From NCBI GenBank assembly GCA_037045145.1, contig JBAOIA010000011.1, forward strand, positions 991,629-1,055,628: 64,000 nt of DNA, in the 5' to 3' direction. Under the pieces are notes generated by a model. It had not been told where the DNA came from and searched no databases. It saw only the letters and a list, made by a program, of their open reading frames with translations. Source of the stretch: Bacteroidia bacterium (GTDB taxonomy: Bacteria; Bacteroidota; Bacteroidia; AKYH767-A; OLB10). This document shows positions 29,159 through 39,895 of the stretch, one piece after another. The first letter of the stretch is position 1; each line of letters starts with the position of its first letter. A program made the position numbers and the translations under genes.

Positions 29159-29758
29159 ATGAAAAAGCAAATTGCATCATTATTATTTATTGCAGCTTTT
29201 ACTGGAACTGCATCAGCACAAAAAATTAAAATCCTGGATGGCAGCTTGGCCGACCTGAAAGGACAGACTAAGTTGAATGTTGTTTATGACTATAGCAATA
29301 TGGGTGTAGGCTCTTTTGCAAAAGAAGAAGAATATGTTGCTAAAAAAACCAAAGAGTATAATGCCAAAGAACCCGGACGTGGTGACAGCTGGGCAAAAAG
29401 TTGGGTGGCAGATCGTAAAAACAGATTTGAACCAAGTTTTGTGGAGTTGTTCAATAAAAAGTCACCAATGCTAATTGGCGATTTTACCGATGCCAAATAT
29501 ACCATGAAAGTAAGCACCACATTTACCGAGCCTGGTTTTAACGTTTATGTGACCAGAAAAAATGCATCTATCAATTTGGAGATTACGATTTATGAAACGG
29601 CCAATCCTGAAAAACCAATTTGTAAAATGCAGGGATTAAGATTTCCTGGTCGCACTTTTGGTGGCTATGATTATGATACAGGAACACGTGTTTCAGAAGC
29701 TTATGCCAAAGCCGGAAAGGATTTAGCTGCTTTTATGGGTAAAAACATGAAAAAATAA
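29159..29758 (+). CDS. Hypothetical secreted protein / lipoprotein
   Basis: Signal peptide MKKQIASLLFIAAFTGTASAQ. 199 aa with no recognisable domain. Confidence 0.5.
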   Translation: MKKQIASLLFIAAFTGTASAQKIKILDGSLADLKGQTKLNVVYDYSNMGVGSFAKEEEYVAKKTKEYNAKEPGRGDSWAKSWVADRKNRFEPSFVELFNKKSPMLIGDFTDAKYTMKVSTTFTEPGFNVYVTRKNASINLEITIYETANPEKPICKMQGLRFPGRTFGGYDYDTGTRVSEAYAKAGKDLAAFMGKNMKK

Positions 29759-29778
29759 AAAGAGAAATTAGTCTTTTT

Positions 29779-29820
29779 AAGAGCGAGGCTGGTCAACATG
29801 ACCAGCCTCGCTCTTTTTTT
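29779..29820 (+). terminator. Rho-independent terminator after the 29159..29758 gene
   Basis: 17-bp stem aagagcgaggctggtca / tgaccagcctcgctctt with loop aca, then TTTTTT (29815-29820). Confidence 0.8.
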
Positions 29821-29847
29821 ATTTAATTTATAATTACATTAAAGAAA

Positions 29848-30951
29848 CTATTTCACTTCCTTCTCAATATAAACCGAAGTGCTTGGAAATGCAAAATCAC
29901 TTTTATTATCAGCTACTATTTTCATTACCGCAAAATTGACTTCCTGCCTTGTGTTTTCAAAGTCGCTAAGCTCTTGTGTTTTTACAAAATAAATGACTTC
30001 AATCTCTAAAGCACTTGCCGCTAGGTTGGTAAAGTAAACATTTGGATTCTCATTAACTAAAGGATGTTCATTGAGCATATTCAATATTTGCTGAATGATA
30101 TTCTGAATCTGATCAGCTGTTGTAGAATATACTAAGCCAATAACAAATCTATGCCGGTAAAATGTTCTTTCGGTTTGGTTTTCTAATTCTGCATCCATCA
30201 TTTTTTTATTCGGAACAATTACTAAAGTTTTTTCGATGGTGCGAACTTTAGTTGAACGGAAACCGACTTCTTCAATATGGCCACGAAGACTGTCAGTCTT
30301 TACCAAATCACCTACCACAAAAGGTTTGTCCATAAAAATCAAGAATGACCCTAATAGATTTTCTAAGGTATCTTTTGATGCTAAAGCTATAGCTAATCCT
30401 CCAATACCTAAACCGGCAATAATACTTGCAACATTGAGCTTAAAAACAGCTCCCAAAATAAAAAGGATACTGATGATTACCGTTATTGCTTTAATTGAGG
30501 ATGCAAAAAAAGGAACAAATAAATCATCCATTTTGGATGTGGTTTTATTCGCCCTTTCACGCATCACCAAACCAATATAGTCAATGATACGAATGATAGT
30601 CCAGGTAATAAAAAAAACAGTTACAACCTGAAAAAGTAATTTTATTGTCATTCTCAGACCAAACTCACTCTCTGAGGCAAGTTTCCATTCATCAGGAAAA
30701 TGCACATAGCGACAGGCAATGTAAATGAATATCAGAAACAGCGTAGCAGAAAAAGGTTTTTGTGTCAGCTCTACAAATTTTTTTACACCAATAGTTTTAA
30801 AATATTTTTTCAAAACATTGAAAAGTAAAAAAGTCAGAATTCTGGAAATGAGATTCTTGAAAATAAGCCCTGCCAGAATAAGTCCTGCAAACCACAGATA
30901 ATCCTCAACGGTGTTTCCTAATATCCTTTGTTGCAGAACATCTATCACCAT
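29848..30951 (-). CDS. Mechanosensitive ion channel (MscS family)
   Basis: N-terminal TM helices followed by an MscS beta-domain (...FVVGDLVKTDSLRGHIEEVGFRSTKVRTIEKTLVIVPN...). Confidence 0.75.
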   Translation of the reverse strand: MVIDVLQQRILGNTVEDYLWFAGLILAGLIFKNLISRILTFLLFNVLKKYFKTIGVKKFVELTQKPFSATLFLIFIYIACRYVHFPDEWKLASESEFGLRMTIKLLFQVVTVFFITWTIIRIIDYIGLVMRERANKTTSKMDDLFVPFFASSIKAITVIISILFILGAVFKLNVASIIAGLGIGGLAIALASKDTLENLLGSFLIFMDKPFVVGDLVKTDSLRGHIEEVGFRSTKVRTIEKTLVIVPNKKMMDAELENQTERTFYRHRFVIGLVYSTTADQIQNIIQQILNMLNEHPLVNENPNVYFTNLAASALEIEVIYFVKTQELSDFENTRQEVNFAVMKIVADNKSDFAFPSTSVYIEKEVK

Positions 30952-32177
30952 TATAATAGTTTTTTAAGAGCTATTTCAAATGCAGCAGAAGCAATACCTT
31001 TTTTATCTTTATGTGTTGCAATTACGTCCTGTAATGCATTTTTAATGGTGTTTGCAGCATCATCAAAAATCAAACGGTCATCAATAACGGCATTCGCATT
31101 ATGCAAATAAGCAAACACTCTTGCCATTCCACAATTAGCAATAAAATCCGGAATTACACTAATGTGCTTGTCGCAGTACATTCCAATGGGACCGAAGAAA
31201 ATCTCTTTATCGGCAAAAGGTACGTTGGCACCACATGAAATGACTTCAAGTTTTTTGCTGATGAGCGATTGCATTTGTTCTTGCGTTACCAATCGCGAAG
31301 CGGCACCCGGAATAAAAATTTCTGCATCAAGATTCCATACTTTCTCAGCCATTTGTTGTGGCGATAGCATATTTTCTGCATGTAGTTTGTTCCCCTGACG
31401 ATTGTTGAATAAAGTCTTTATCTCTTCAAAAGAATATCCTTTTTCGTTAATTAACCCGCCATCTCTGTCAATGATTCCTACAATTTTTACACCCATTTGT
31501 GCAAGATAAAATCCGGCAGCAGCAGCCACATTGCCCCATCCCTGAATGACGGCTCTTTTCTCAGAAATTTTTCCACCCCACAACTCATAGTAATATTTTA
31601 CTGCATAAGCTACGCCATAGCCGGTAATCATATCAGCTACCCTGTATTTACTATTTAAATTAGGTGATAGTGAGGCATCTTTCAATTCGAGTGATACACC
31701 TTGCTGTAAATTACTGATGCGTTTTTTAATATTTTCTTCACCATCGTTAAAGTGACCAACAGCTGTGCCTTCCTGTGGATGTAATATTCCTAATTTATTG
31801 CAGATGGGTATGACATCATGAATTTCATCTATGTTCAAATCACCACCTGTTCCGTAATATGTTTTTAGCAATGGCTTTATAGCTTTAAACCATCGCTCCA
31901 GAACCTGATTTTTTCTTGGGTCAGCAGGGTCAAAATTAATTCCTGACTTAGCACCGCCAATTGGCGGGCCAGACACTGTAAACTTCACTTCCATGGTTTT
32001 GGCAAGCGATTCAACTTCTCTCTTATCACATCCTTTACGCATGCGTGTACCGCCACCGGCAGAGCCATTGCGAAGGCTGTTGATTACAAGCCACCCTTCA
32101 GCGCCTGTTTCAGCATCACTCCATTCAAATACTATTTCAGGGCGCTTTTCTTCAAATTTCTTTAGTAGATCCAGCAT
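30951..32177 (-). CDS. Glu/Leu/Phe/Val family amino-acid dehydrogenase
   Basis: Substrate-binding lysine region PPIGGAKSGINFDP and a C-terminal Rossmann fold (VIQGWGNVAAAAG). Confidence 0.7.
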   Translation of the reverse strand: MLDLLKKFEEKRPEIVFEWSDAETGAEGWLVINSLRNGSAGGGTRMRKGCDKREVESLAKTMEVKFTVSGPPIGGAKSGINFDPADPRKNQVLERWFKAIKPLLKTYYGTGGDLNIDEIHDVIPICNKLGILHPQEGTAVGHFNDGEENIKKRISNLQQGVSLELKDASLSPNLNSKYRVADMITGYGVAYAVKYYYELWGGKISEKRAVIQGWGNVAAAAGFYLAQMGVKIVGIIDRDGGLINEKGYSFEEIKTLFNNRQGNKLHAENMLSPQQMAEKVWNLDAEIFIPGAASRLVTQEQMQSLISKKLEVISCGANVPFADKEIFFGPIGMYCDKHISVIPDFIANCGMARVFAYLHNANAVIDDRLIFDDAANTIKNALQDVIATHKDKKGIASAAFEIALKKLL

Positions 32178-32309
32178 TATGTTTAAAAAATTTGCACGAA
32201 AATATTAAATTTTTCTGCTTAAAACCTTTGAAAAAACATCTGTTTCTGAAACCTCAACAACAGTTTTGCAGTAAAATAGTTTATTATTCTAATTATTATT
32301 TTCAATGAC

Positions 32310-32492
32310 ATGAGAAATCAAAGATTTGAGCAAAAAAAGTCCATTAAAGATCATTGGGAAACGGATGACCATCATGCAAAAAAGCATAAAATGACCAACC
32401 ATCGTGAAGAAAAAAATTGGAAGAACAAAATCCTGAAAGAAGAGGATGACGATTTGGATGAAAACTTTTTCCAATTTGACGATGAGGAATAA
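32310..32492 (+). CDS. Possible small highly charged protein (60 aa, His/Lys/Glu/Asp-rich)
   Basis: The only ORF in a 350-bp gap between two minus-strand genes. Composition is extreme, with no homology recognised. Confidence 0.2.
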   Translation: MRNQRFEQKKSIKDHWETDDHHAKKHKMTNHREEKNWKNKILKEEDDDLDENFFQFDDEE

Positions 32493-32528
32493 CCACAACA
32501 ATTAATCTTCTTAATTAACATTTGTGAC

Positions 32529-33602
32529 TTAGGCCATTAAATAAACGGCACCACCCACAGAATCGGATTTTGCTCCTGTGACAGAGGCAAGGGTGTTTTT
32601 ATTGTTGTTTATTCTCAAAAAACCTAAAAGTGCAAATATCAATGCTTCTTTAAAATCAATTATTTTTTCGTCCGGAACAATAATTTGTACCGATGAACTT
32701 TCTTGAATTTTTTGCAATAGAAATTTATTTTTTGTTCCGCCACCGGTCACAAGTAAAGTAGCATTCAACTTATTGTCCGAAATGTTTAATGAATCAGCAA
32801 TTTGTTTTGCAATATGATGTGTAATGGTGTTCATTTTATCATTTAATGCAGCATTAGATGAATCTAAAACAGGTTGAAAATATTCATGAAACCATTCAGC
32901 ACCCAAAGAACGCGGATAGGGTTTACTGTAAAATTCTAATGCATTAAGTTTATCCAAGAGTGCTGTATTCAATTTTCCTGAAGCAGCAATTTTTCCATCA
33001 GAATCAAATTTGTGCCCGCAAGCAGTTGCTATATAATTTAAAGCCATATTAACTGGACAGATATCGAAAGCAATCCGCCTGTTGTTTTTCCTAAAGGAAA
33101 TGTTTGCAATTCCGCCAAGGTTAAGACAAAAATCGTAAGCCCCAAAAAACAATTCATCACCTAAAGGTACCAATGGTGCACCCTGTCCTCCTAAGGCAAC
33201 ATCTAAACTTCTGAAATCACAAACGGTAGTTATTCCCGAAGTAGCAGCAATATCGGCACCGTGACCAATTTGTGTAGTAAAACCATTAGCAGGCTGATGA
33301 AAAACAGTGTGGCCATGCGAGGCAATCAAGTCGCATGTAAGCTGATGTTTTTTTAAAAAATTTAAAGCGCATTGCCCCAGTAAAACTCCAAATTTGTGAT
33401 GTAACTCAAAAAGTTTTTCGCCCGAAAGTGTTTTGGCATTGGCTAATGCATCTCTTTGTTTTTGGTCATATTCAATGGTTTCTGCAGCAACAATTTTATA
33501 CTTCAAGCCATCAATTGCATCTGTAATATTAACCAATGCAAGGTCTAATCCGTCTAAGGAAGTTCCCGACATTAAACCCAACACATTTTTACCTTCTGCC
33601 AT
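32529..33602 (-). CDS. anmK: Anhydro-N-acetylmuramic acid kinase
   Basis: N-terminal motif GLMSGTSLDGLDLAL with the AnmK fold throughout. The likely start is MAEGKN at 33602; the ORF track extends to 33656. Confidence 0.88.
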   Translation of the reverse strand: MAEGKNVLGLMSGTSLDGLDLALVNITDAIDGLKYKIVAAETIEYDQKQRDALANAKTLSGEKLFELHHKFGVLLGQCALNFLKKHQLTCDLIASHGHTVFHQPANGFTTQIGHGADIAATSGITTVCDFRSLDVALGGQGAPLVPLGDELFFGAYDFCLNLGGIANISFRKNNRRIAFDICPVNMALNYIATACGHKFDSDGKIAASGKLNTALLDKLNALEFYSKPYPRSLGAEWFHEYFQPVLDSSNAALNDKMNTITHHIAKQIADSLNISDNKLNATLLVTGGGTKNKFLLQKIQESSSVQIIVPDEKIIDFKEALIFALLGFLRINNNKNTLASVTGAKSDSVGGAVYLMA

Positions 33603-33717
33603 GACGGCAAATGTAAGATTATGGCAAATTAGTATTGTGTATTTACAACAATTCAATCAACATTAAAAAAATCAATTTCAGGGTTAACCAAATACCTATT
33701 TTTGCGTATAAGAAACG

Positions 33718-36700
33718 ATGCCTTCTATCGGAAATAAGCAGAATATAAACACAGTTAGCACTGAATCAGAAGTGCTGTATAACCGCATATTATTTGCGGT
33801 TATAGCAATATGTTATTTGATTTTCGGTATTTTCTTTAGTGAAAAAATTATTGATGTGCTACTGCCACTTACATGGATGGCACTTATACCTTTAGCATTG
33901 CTTGCTATCAGCTTTTTTGTTCCTGTTGCAAAAAAGTATTCGGGAGAACAGCTTTCAGGAATGTTTTTGTTGCTAACAATTCACCTGATGTTTTTTCTTT
34001 TTAAGAATAAATTTGCCGGTCATCCGGAGTTTTTATTAGTAACGGTTATTTTATTTTCCAATCTGCATATCCGCAATGTCATTTACCTTTTGCTGTACAA
34101 TGTAATTGTTCTTGGCTCGTTGGAATATATTCTCATTTCGGGAACATCAGGAAGTTCCGATCCCGTAAAATTATTTTTTGTCATTGTTGTTGCAATGGTA
34201 TTGAGTTTCCTCTACCAATGGTTTAGCCTTCGCAGGCAAGGCATGAATAGGGATGGCGAAAAATTGTTGGAAAACAATCTTGAAAAACTTCCATTTGCAG
34301 CAATGATTTTCAGTAGAGATAATTTGGCGTTATTGTATTGCAATCGCGAAGCACAGAATTTACTTGGAATAGATTCACACGCTGAAATGGATATTCGTAC
34401 AGTTTTTAAGTTAGATGACTTTTCTGATACGGAACTTTTTGCAAAATCAAAAGCAGGAAACTTTAATAACATATTGGTAGAAACATTTCAGCAGCTGAAA
34501 GTTTTGTTAACCATCAGGCAAAATGAAAAGGAAGAGTTGTTGGCATTTGCTGAACTCGAAAAGAAAACAGAAAAAGAATCCGTTTCACTTCCAGGCCAAT
34601 ATTTTATAACTACAACTGATGGCAAAATTATTGACCTGAGTAAAGAAGCAGAAGATTTTATTACGGTGGACCTTGGTGTACTTCAACATTTGTTTCAGAA
34701 TTTTATCATTGAAAACAAACCCTTGCACAATTTTTCGGTGCTGAAGATTAACGATCAGGATCCTTTTGCATTACAATTGCAGACTGGAACTTTGGACGAT
34801 ATTCAGGTGTACTATTGGACACCAATTAAAAACTTACAGCCTGTTGAATCTGCTAATGTTGAAGTTGTGTTGCCCGATGATGGATGGAGCCAATTGGTAA
34901 TTGATTCTGGAAATGAGTTAATTTCTTTCAGTCCGTCATTTATCAATACAATTGGTTATGATGAGATGGAGCTTGGTCGCATTTCCGTTGTTCAGCTCAT
35001 TCATCCTGCCGATACAATGCGTTGGCAACAGCTCATTTCAAATTGCCGTAAAGAGGAAAGAGCCAATGCCACAATAAGATTTATCCATAAAAATGGTAAA
35101 GTGCATTTTCTTAAATCGTTCTTCAGCAGTAGCGATAATAGCGAAGTGAGAATCTATGCAGAAGATGTTACAGATTCAATTCTGATGCAACAGGAACTAA
35201 CTAATGCTCGCGCCAATGTTAATGCAGTTATTGAGAATACAAAAGACTTGATTCTGTCAACAGACATGAATCATCGTATTACCGTTATCAATCATTCATG
35301 CCAGTTGTTTTTAAATGCCGCAGTGGGAAAGATATTGAGTGTTGATGATGATTTTCGTGCTGCACTGAAAGAACAAGATCAAACGCTGTGGTCGCAGCGA
35401 CATAGTGAGGTTATGAGGGGAAAAAGAGTTACCTATAATGACGAGGTAAGCAGAAACGGAACGGAAAACTATTTTGAATTTTCGTTACAACCTGTCGTTG
35501 ACGAACATAATATTGTAACAGGAGTATCTTTATTTGGTCGTGATATAACACAAAGAGTTCATTTTGAAAATGAACTGGTAAAGGCAAAAGAAACTGCTGA
35601 AACAGCTACTGCTGCCAAATCTCAGTTTCTTGCCACAATGAGTCACGAAATCCGTACACCGCTTAATGGCATCGTTGGAATGCTTGAGTTACTTCGCATG
35701 ACAACACTTAATGACAAACAAAGAGAGTATGTGAGTACATTGCAGTTGAGCAGTGAGAATATGCTTAGTATCATCAATGACGTTCTCGATTTTTCTAAGA
35801 TTGAATCAGATAAGATGGAGCTCGAATATGAGCCATTTGAATTGAAAAAGGTTATTGAAGAAACATTTGATTTACTCTACTATCGTGCACTTGGTAAAAG
35901 ACTTGAGCTGTTTTATAATATTGAAAGTACCATTCCAGCCTATGTGATGGGCGATAGCATGCGTCTGAAACAAGTCCTTGTAAACTTGGTAGGTAATGCC
36001 ATAAAGTTTACAGAAAAAGGACATATTCTCATTACTGCACAGCTTGTTCCATCAGTGTCAGAAAAGCTTAACATCAAGTTTTCTGTGAAAGACACCGGTT
36101 CAGGCATTAGCGAAGAACAAAGACAAAGATTATTTCAGTCATTTCAGCAGGCAGATACTTCCACTTACAGAAAGTTTGGCGGCACCGGTCTTGGTCTCAC
36201 CATCAGTGCCAAGCTTGTTACTTTAATGGGTGGCACCATTGAATTGATGAGTGAACCCGGAGCCGGTTCGGAATTTTATTTTACCGTAATAACACAACCC
36301 GCACCTATAGCTGCTGCAAGAAATGTCCGTTCAAATCTCAGAATTTTAAGAGGGAAAAGAATTTTAATTTTTTCAACCAACATTGATTTTGATTTGCATC
36401 TGAGCGATTTGTTTAATGACTGGCATATATTGCATCAATCAGTTACACAACTAGAGCAAGCAAAGAATGAACTTGCATCTGATGCAAATTACGATGCTCT
36501 GATTCTTGATGCTCAGATGCAGGATTATCTTCTTTTTGCAGAAGAATTAAAAGAACAGATACGTTCATCAAATATTCCTGTGTTTGCATTCAATGCAAGT
36601 TTTTCAGGTGGTGATATCATTTATGGTAATAAACTTTTTGAAGCCGTATTGCCGGCAGGTGTTGATGCAATAAAAATTTCGTCTGTATTAACAAAGTCAT

Positions 36701-37515
36701 TTATTGACAGTGCTACATCTTTTGCCAGGGGTGATGATGCTGTGCCAGTGTTTGATAGTCAGGTGTCGTTGAAATACCCACTACAGATCCTGATAGCTGA
36801 AGATAATCCAATCAATCAAACGCTTGCAGTGACAGTGTTGGAAAAGTTAGGATACAAACCCGATGTGGTAGAGAATGGTAAATTGGCGATTGAAAAAGTT
36901 GTTGTAAAACAGTATGATCTAATTTTTATGGATGTTCAAATGCCTGAAATGGATGGGTTGGAAGCAACAGCAGCGCTACGCAAGTTAAACAACAACAGCA
37001 TAATTATTGCCATGACAGCATTTGCATTGGAAGATGATAAAAAGCAGTGTCTTGATGCAGGAATGAATGACTATACGACCAAGCCAATCAGAATTGAAGT
37101 TGTGCAGTCATTACTCGAAAAATGGGGTGAGGTGATTTTAAAAAGCAAGGCTGCACAAAATGATGAACCTTTGATTGACAAGCAAACCATTGAAAGACTG
37201 AAGGCAATGGCTGTAGGAGATGATACATCTTTTGTAAAAAATATTTTTGAACTTTTTCTTAAACAGATGGATAACCTACATGCCGATATGAGTAATTTTT
37301 TCAATGAACATGATGCCAATGGTTTGTATAAAGCTTCACATAAATTAAAAGGAAGCGCTCTCAATATTGGTGCAAAGAGATTATCAGAAGTTTGCCGTAT
37401 CATAGAAGAAAAAGGAAAACTTGGTGACCTTACCGGAATGAATGAATTGATTCAGCAATTGACAGAAGTTATTTCATTAACCAAGAATGAAGTCAGGAGC
37501 TTGAACTTAGCTTGA
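33718..37515 (+). CDS. Hybrid sensor histidine kinase/response regulator with a multi-TM N-terminal sensor, PAS-like region, HisKA, HATPase, receiver and C-terminal HPt domains
   Basis: About 5 N-terminal TM helices. H-box [16 protein letters not shown]-boxes (GTGLGLTI...). Receiver domain ([11 protein letters not shown]...[14 protein letters not shown]...K). HPt motif [16 protein letters not shown]. Confidence 0.9.
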   Translation: MPSIGNKQNINTVSTESEVLYNRILFAVIAICYLIFGIFFSEKIIDVLLPLTWMALIPLALLAISFFVPVAKKYSGEQLSGMFLLLTIHLMFFLFKNKFAGHPEFLLVTVILFSNLHIRNVIYLLLYNVIVLGSLEYILISGTSGSSDPVKLFFVIVVAMVLSFLYQWFSLRRQGMNRDGEKLLENNLEKLPFAAMIFSRDNLALLYCNREAQNLLGIDSHAEMDIRTVFKLDDFSDTELFAKSKAGNFNNILVETFQQLKVLLTIRQNEKEELLAFAELEKKTEKESVSLPGQYFITTTDGKIIDLSKEAEDFITVDLGVLQHLFQNFIIENKPLHNFSVLKINDQDPFALQLQTGTLDDIQVYYWTPIKNLQPVESANVEVVLPDDGWSQLVIDSGNELISFSPSFINTIGYDEMELGRISVVQLIHPADTMRWQQLISNCRKEERANATIRFIHKNGKVHFLKSFFSSSDNSEVRIYAEDVTDSILMQQELTNARANVNAVIENTKDLILSTDMNHRITVINHSCQLFLNAAVGKILSVDDDFRAALKEQDQTLWSQRHSEVMRGKRVTYNDEVSRNGTENYFEFSLQPVVDEHNIVTGVSLFGRDITQRVHFENELVKAKETAETATAAKSQFLATMSHEIRTPLNGIVGMLELLRMTTLNDKQREYVSTLQLSSENMLSIINDVLDFSKIESDKMELEYEPFELKKVIEETFDLLYYRALGKRLELFYNIESTIPAYVMGDSMRLKQVLVNLVGNAIKFTEKGHILITAQLVPSVSEKLNIKFSVKDTGSGISEEQRQRLFQSFQQADTSTYRKFGGTGLGLTISAKLVTLMGGTIELMSEPGAGSEFYFTVITQPAPIAAARNVRSNLRILRGKRILIFSTNIDFDLHLSDLFNDWHILHQSVTQLEQAKNELASDANYDALILDAQMQDYLLFAEELKEQIRSSNIPVFAFNASFSGGDIIYGNKLFEAVLPAGVDAIKISSVLTKSFIDSATSFARGDDAVPVFDSQVSLKYPLQILIAEDNPINQTLAVTVLEKLGYKPDVVENGKLAIEKVVVKQYDLIFMDVQMPEMDGLEATAALRKLNNNSIIIAMTAFALEDDKKQCLDAGMNDYTTKPIRIEVVQSLLEKWGEVILKSKAAQNDEPLIDKQTIERLKAMAVGDDTSFVKNIFELFLKQMDNLHADMSNFFNEHDANGLYKASHKLKGSALNIGAKRLSEVCRIIEEKGKLGDLTGMNELIQQLTEVISLTKNEVRSLNLA

Positions 37516-37603
37516 TTATTGAACCTTATTGCTGATGTAACTTAGGATACAAAAGCCCTTATTTCATTTTCGTACCTTTGCGCACTATTAAATTAATTAA
37601 GGT

Positions 37604-39238
37604 ATGACAAACGCAGTTTATAATATTCCTCCGGCCTATAATGAGCCGGTGTTGAATTATGCACATGGAAGTCCGGAGAAAGTAGCATTAAAAGCAGCAC
37701 TTGCAGAAGCACGTTCCAGACAATTAGATATTCCCATGTATATTGATGGGCAAAAGGTACGGACAGGAAACACTTCAGCACTTCGTCCTCCACACGATCA
37801 TCAGCATGTTTTGGGGATGTATCATAAAGGAGAAAAGAAACATGTGCTGTTAGCAATTGATGCTGCATTAAAAGCTAAGAAACAATGGGCAGAAATGCCT
37901 TGGGAACAACGGGCAGCCATTTTTCTGAAAGCGGCTGACTTACTTGCAGGTCCTTACCGCTATAAGATGAATGCTGCTACTATGCTTGGACAATCAAAAA
38001 ATGCTTATCAGGCTGAAATTGATTCAGCATGCGAGATGATTGACTTCTTACGATTCAACGTACAATATATGCGTGAGATTTATACACAACAACCACCGGT
38101 TGTGGGTAAAGGTGTATGGAACCGCACCGAACAGCGTCCGCTTGAAGGATTTGTTTTTGCATTAACACCATTTAATTTTACCGCAATTTCCGGTAATTTG
38201 CCTACAGCACCTGCCATGATGGGCAACACTGTTGTTTGGAAACCCGCCAATACACAGATTTATGCAGCTAATGTGGTAATGCAATTGCTGATTGAAGCCG
38301 GGTTGCCTGCAGGAGTAATCAACCTTGTTTATGTTTCCGGCCCTGATGCAGGTGATGTTATTTTTAAACATGCTGACTTTGGTGGAATTCACTTTACAGG
38401 ATCAACAGAAGTTTTTAAAGGTATCTGGAAAACTATCGGAGAAAATATGCCTATGTATAAATCGTATCCACGAATAGTGGGCGAAACAGGAGGAAAAGAT
38501 TTTATTATCGCACACAAAAGTGCAGATATAGATGTGTTAGTGACTGCTTTGGCACGTGGAGCTTTTGAATATCAAGGTCAAAAATGCAGTGCTGCATCAC
38601 GCTGTTATATTCCAAAATCTATTTCTGAAGAAGTGAAGAATAAACTGGTTAAAGAAGTGCAATCAATGAAGATAGGGCCTGTTGAAGATTTTCGCAACTT
38701 CGTAAATGCCGTTATAGACGAAAAGTCATTTGATAAAATCTCGGCTTACATTGAAAATGCAAAGAAGAGTAAAAATGTAACGATTATTGCTGGTGGAAAT
38801 TTTGATAAGAGCAAAGGATATTTTATTGAGCCAACTATTATTCTCACAACAGATCCAAAATATACAACCATGTGTGAAGAAATTTTTGGACCGGTTTTGA
38901 CCATGTATGTTTATGAGGATGATAAGTTTGAAGAGACCTTGCAATTAGTTGACAACACAAGCGAATATGCACTTACAGGTGCGGTTATCTCGCAGGACCG
39001 GTATGCAGTTGATATTGCAACTAAAGCATTGGTAAATTCTGCAGGTAACTTTTATATTAACGATAAATGTACCGGTGCTGTTGTTGGTCAGCAGCCTTTT
39101 GGCGGTGCCAGAGGATCAGGAACAAATGACAAAGCAGGTGCTATGGTAAATTTATTGCGTTGGGTATCTCCTCGAACAATAAAAGAAACATTTGTTCCGG
39201 CAAAAGATTACCGTTATCCTTTTATGGAATCTGAATAA
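37604..39238 (+). CDS. pruA: L-glutamate gamma-semialdehyde (1-pyrroline-5-carboxylate) dehydrogenase
   Basis: 544-aa ALDH-family protein. Catalytic Cys region GQKCSAASR and Glu region IVGETGGKD. N-terminus typical of the Bacteroidota PruA type. Confidence 0.85.
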   Translation: MTNAVYNIPPAYNEPVLNYAHGSPEKVALKAALAEARSRQLDIPMYIDGQKVRTGNTSALRPPHDHQHVLGMYHKGEKKHVLLAIDAALKAKKQWAEMPWEQRAAIFLKAADLLAGPYRYKMNAATMLGQSKNAYQAEIDSACEMIDFLRFNVQYMREIYTQQPPVVGKGVWNRTEQRPLEGFVFALTPFNFTAISGNLPTAPAMMGNTVVWKPANTQIYAANVVMQLLIEAGLPAGVINLVYVSGPDAGDVIFKHADFGGIHFTGSTEVFKGIWKTIGENMPMYKSYPRIVGETGGKDFIIAHKSADIDVLVTALARGAFEYQGQKCSAASRCYIPKSISEEVKNKLVKEVQSMKIGPVEDFRNFVNAVIDEKSFDKISAYIENAKKSKNVTIIAGGNFDKSKGYFIEPTIILTTDPKYTTMCEEIFGPVLTMYVYEDDKFEETLQLVDNTSEYALTGAVISQDRYAVDIATKALVNSAGNFYINDKCTGAVVGQQPFGGARGSGTNDKAGAMVNLLRWVSPRTIKETFVPAKDYRYPFMESE

Positions 39239-39242
39239 GAAT

Positions 39243-39812
39243 TTATTTAGAAACTGAAGTAGTAGATTCGTCAAGGGTAATTTTTCCTCCTTTGGCGAAT
39301 CTTTTTTTATAGTAAGGTTGGTTAAGGTCACTTACAATTACACCACTTGATGTGCTCGAATGAACAAATTTGTCCTGGCCTAAATACATGCCTACATGTG
39401 AAATTCTTCGACCACGGGTTTTAAAAAACACCAAGTCACCCGGACTTAAATTTTTAAGTGAAACATGTGGAAGTTTGTTATACATGTCAGCGGAACTGCA
39501 GCCAAAAGAATTACCATAAACAGCCTTGATGATAACATTGACAAATCCGGAGCAATCAATTCCATTTTCGTTTTTGCCTGCATATTTATATGGCGTATTC
39601 AACCAGGTGTCTATAAGATCAAAAACTTTTGTGTTAAATACTTCTTTAACCTGATACCCTAAAATCTGACTGTAATAATTGCACAGGTTATCTTCAATAA
39701 TATTTTCACATTGTTGCGCTTTGACATTTTGCCCAAAACACAATAAGGTAAAAATTATAAAGCTAAATATGCGAAATTTCATCGTGCAAAGATAACATTT
39801 TAATAAACGCAT
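39243..39812 (-). CDS. NlpC/P60 (C40) family cell-wall peptidase
   Basis: Signal peptide. Catalytic Cys in GIDCSGFV and His in ISHVGMYLG. Confidence 0.85.
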   Translation of the reverse strand: MRLLKCYLCTMKFRIFSFIIFTLLCFGQNVKAQQCENIIEDNLCNYYSQILGYQVKEVFNTKVFDLIDTWLNTPYKYAGKNENGIDCSGFVNVIIKAVYGNSFGCSSADMYNKLPHVSLKNLSPGDLVFFKTRGRRISHVGMYLGQDKFVHSSTSSGVIVSDLNQPYYKKRFAKGGKITLDESTTSVSK

Positions 39813-39830
39813 TCATTTGCCGGGTATTGT

Positions 39831-39871
39831 ACAAAATGAAAAGAGCCGTCATCAATCTGATGACGGCTCTT
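39831..39871 (-). terminator. Rho-independent terminator of the giant gene 39896..45127 (minus strand)
   Basis: Stem aagagccgtcatca / tgatgacggctctt with loop atc. On the minus strand it is followed by TTCATTTTGT. Confidence 0.75.
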
Positions 39872-39895
39872 AAAACTTATGATAATAAAAACAAA

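Noticed and set aside
29779-29820. Use of the 29779-29820 hairpin as a bidirectional terminator for the minus-strand MscS gene
   Set aside because: On the minus strand the hairpin is followed by AAAAAGAC rather than a U-tract, so it is assigned to the plus-strand gene only.
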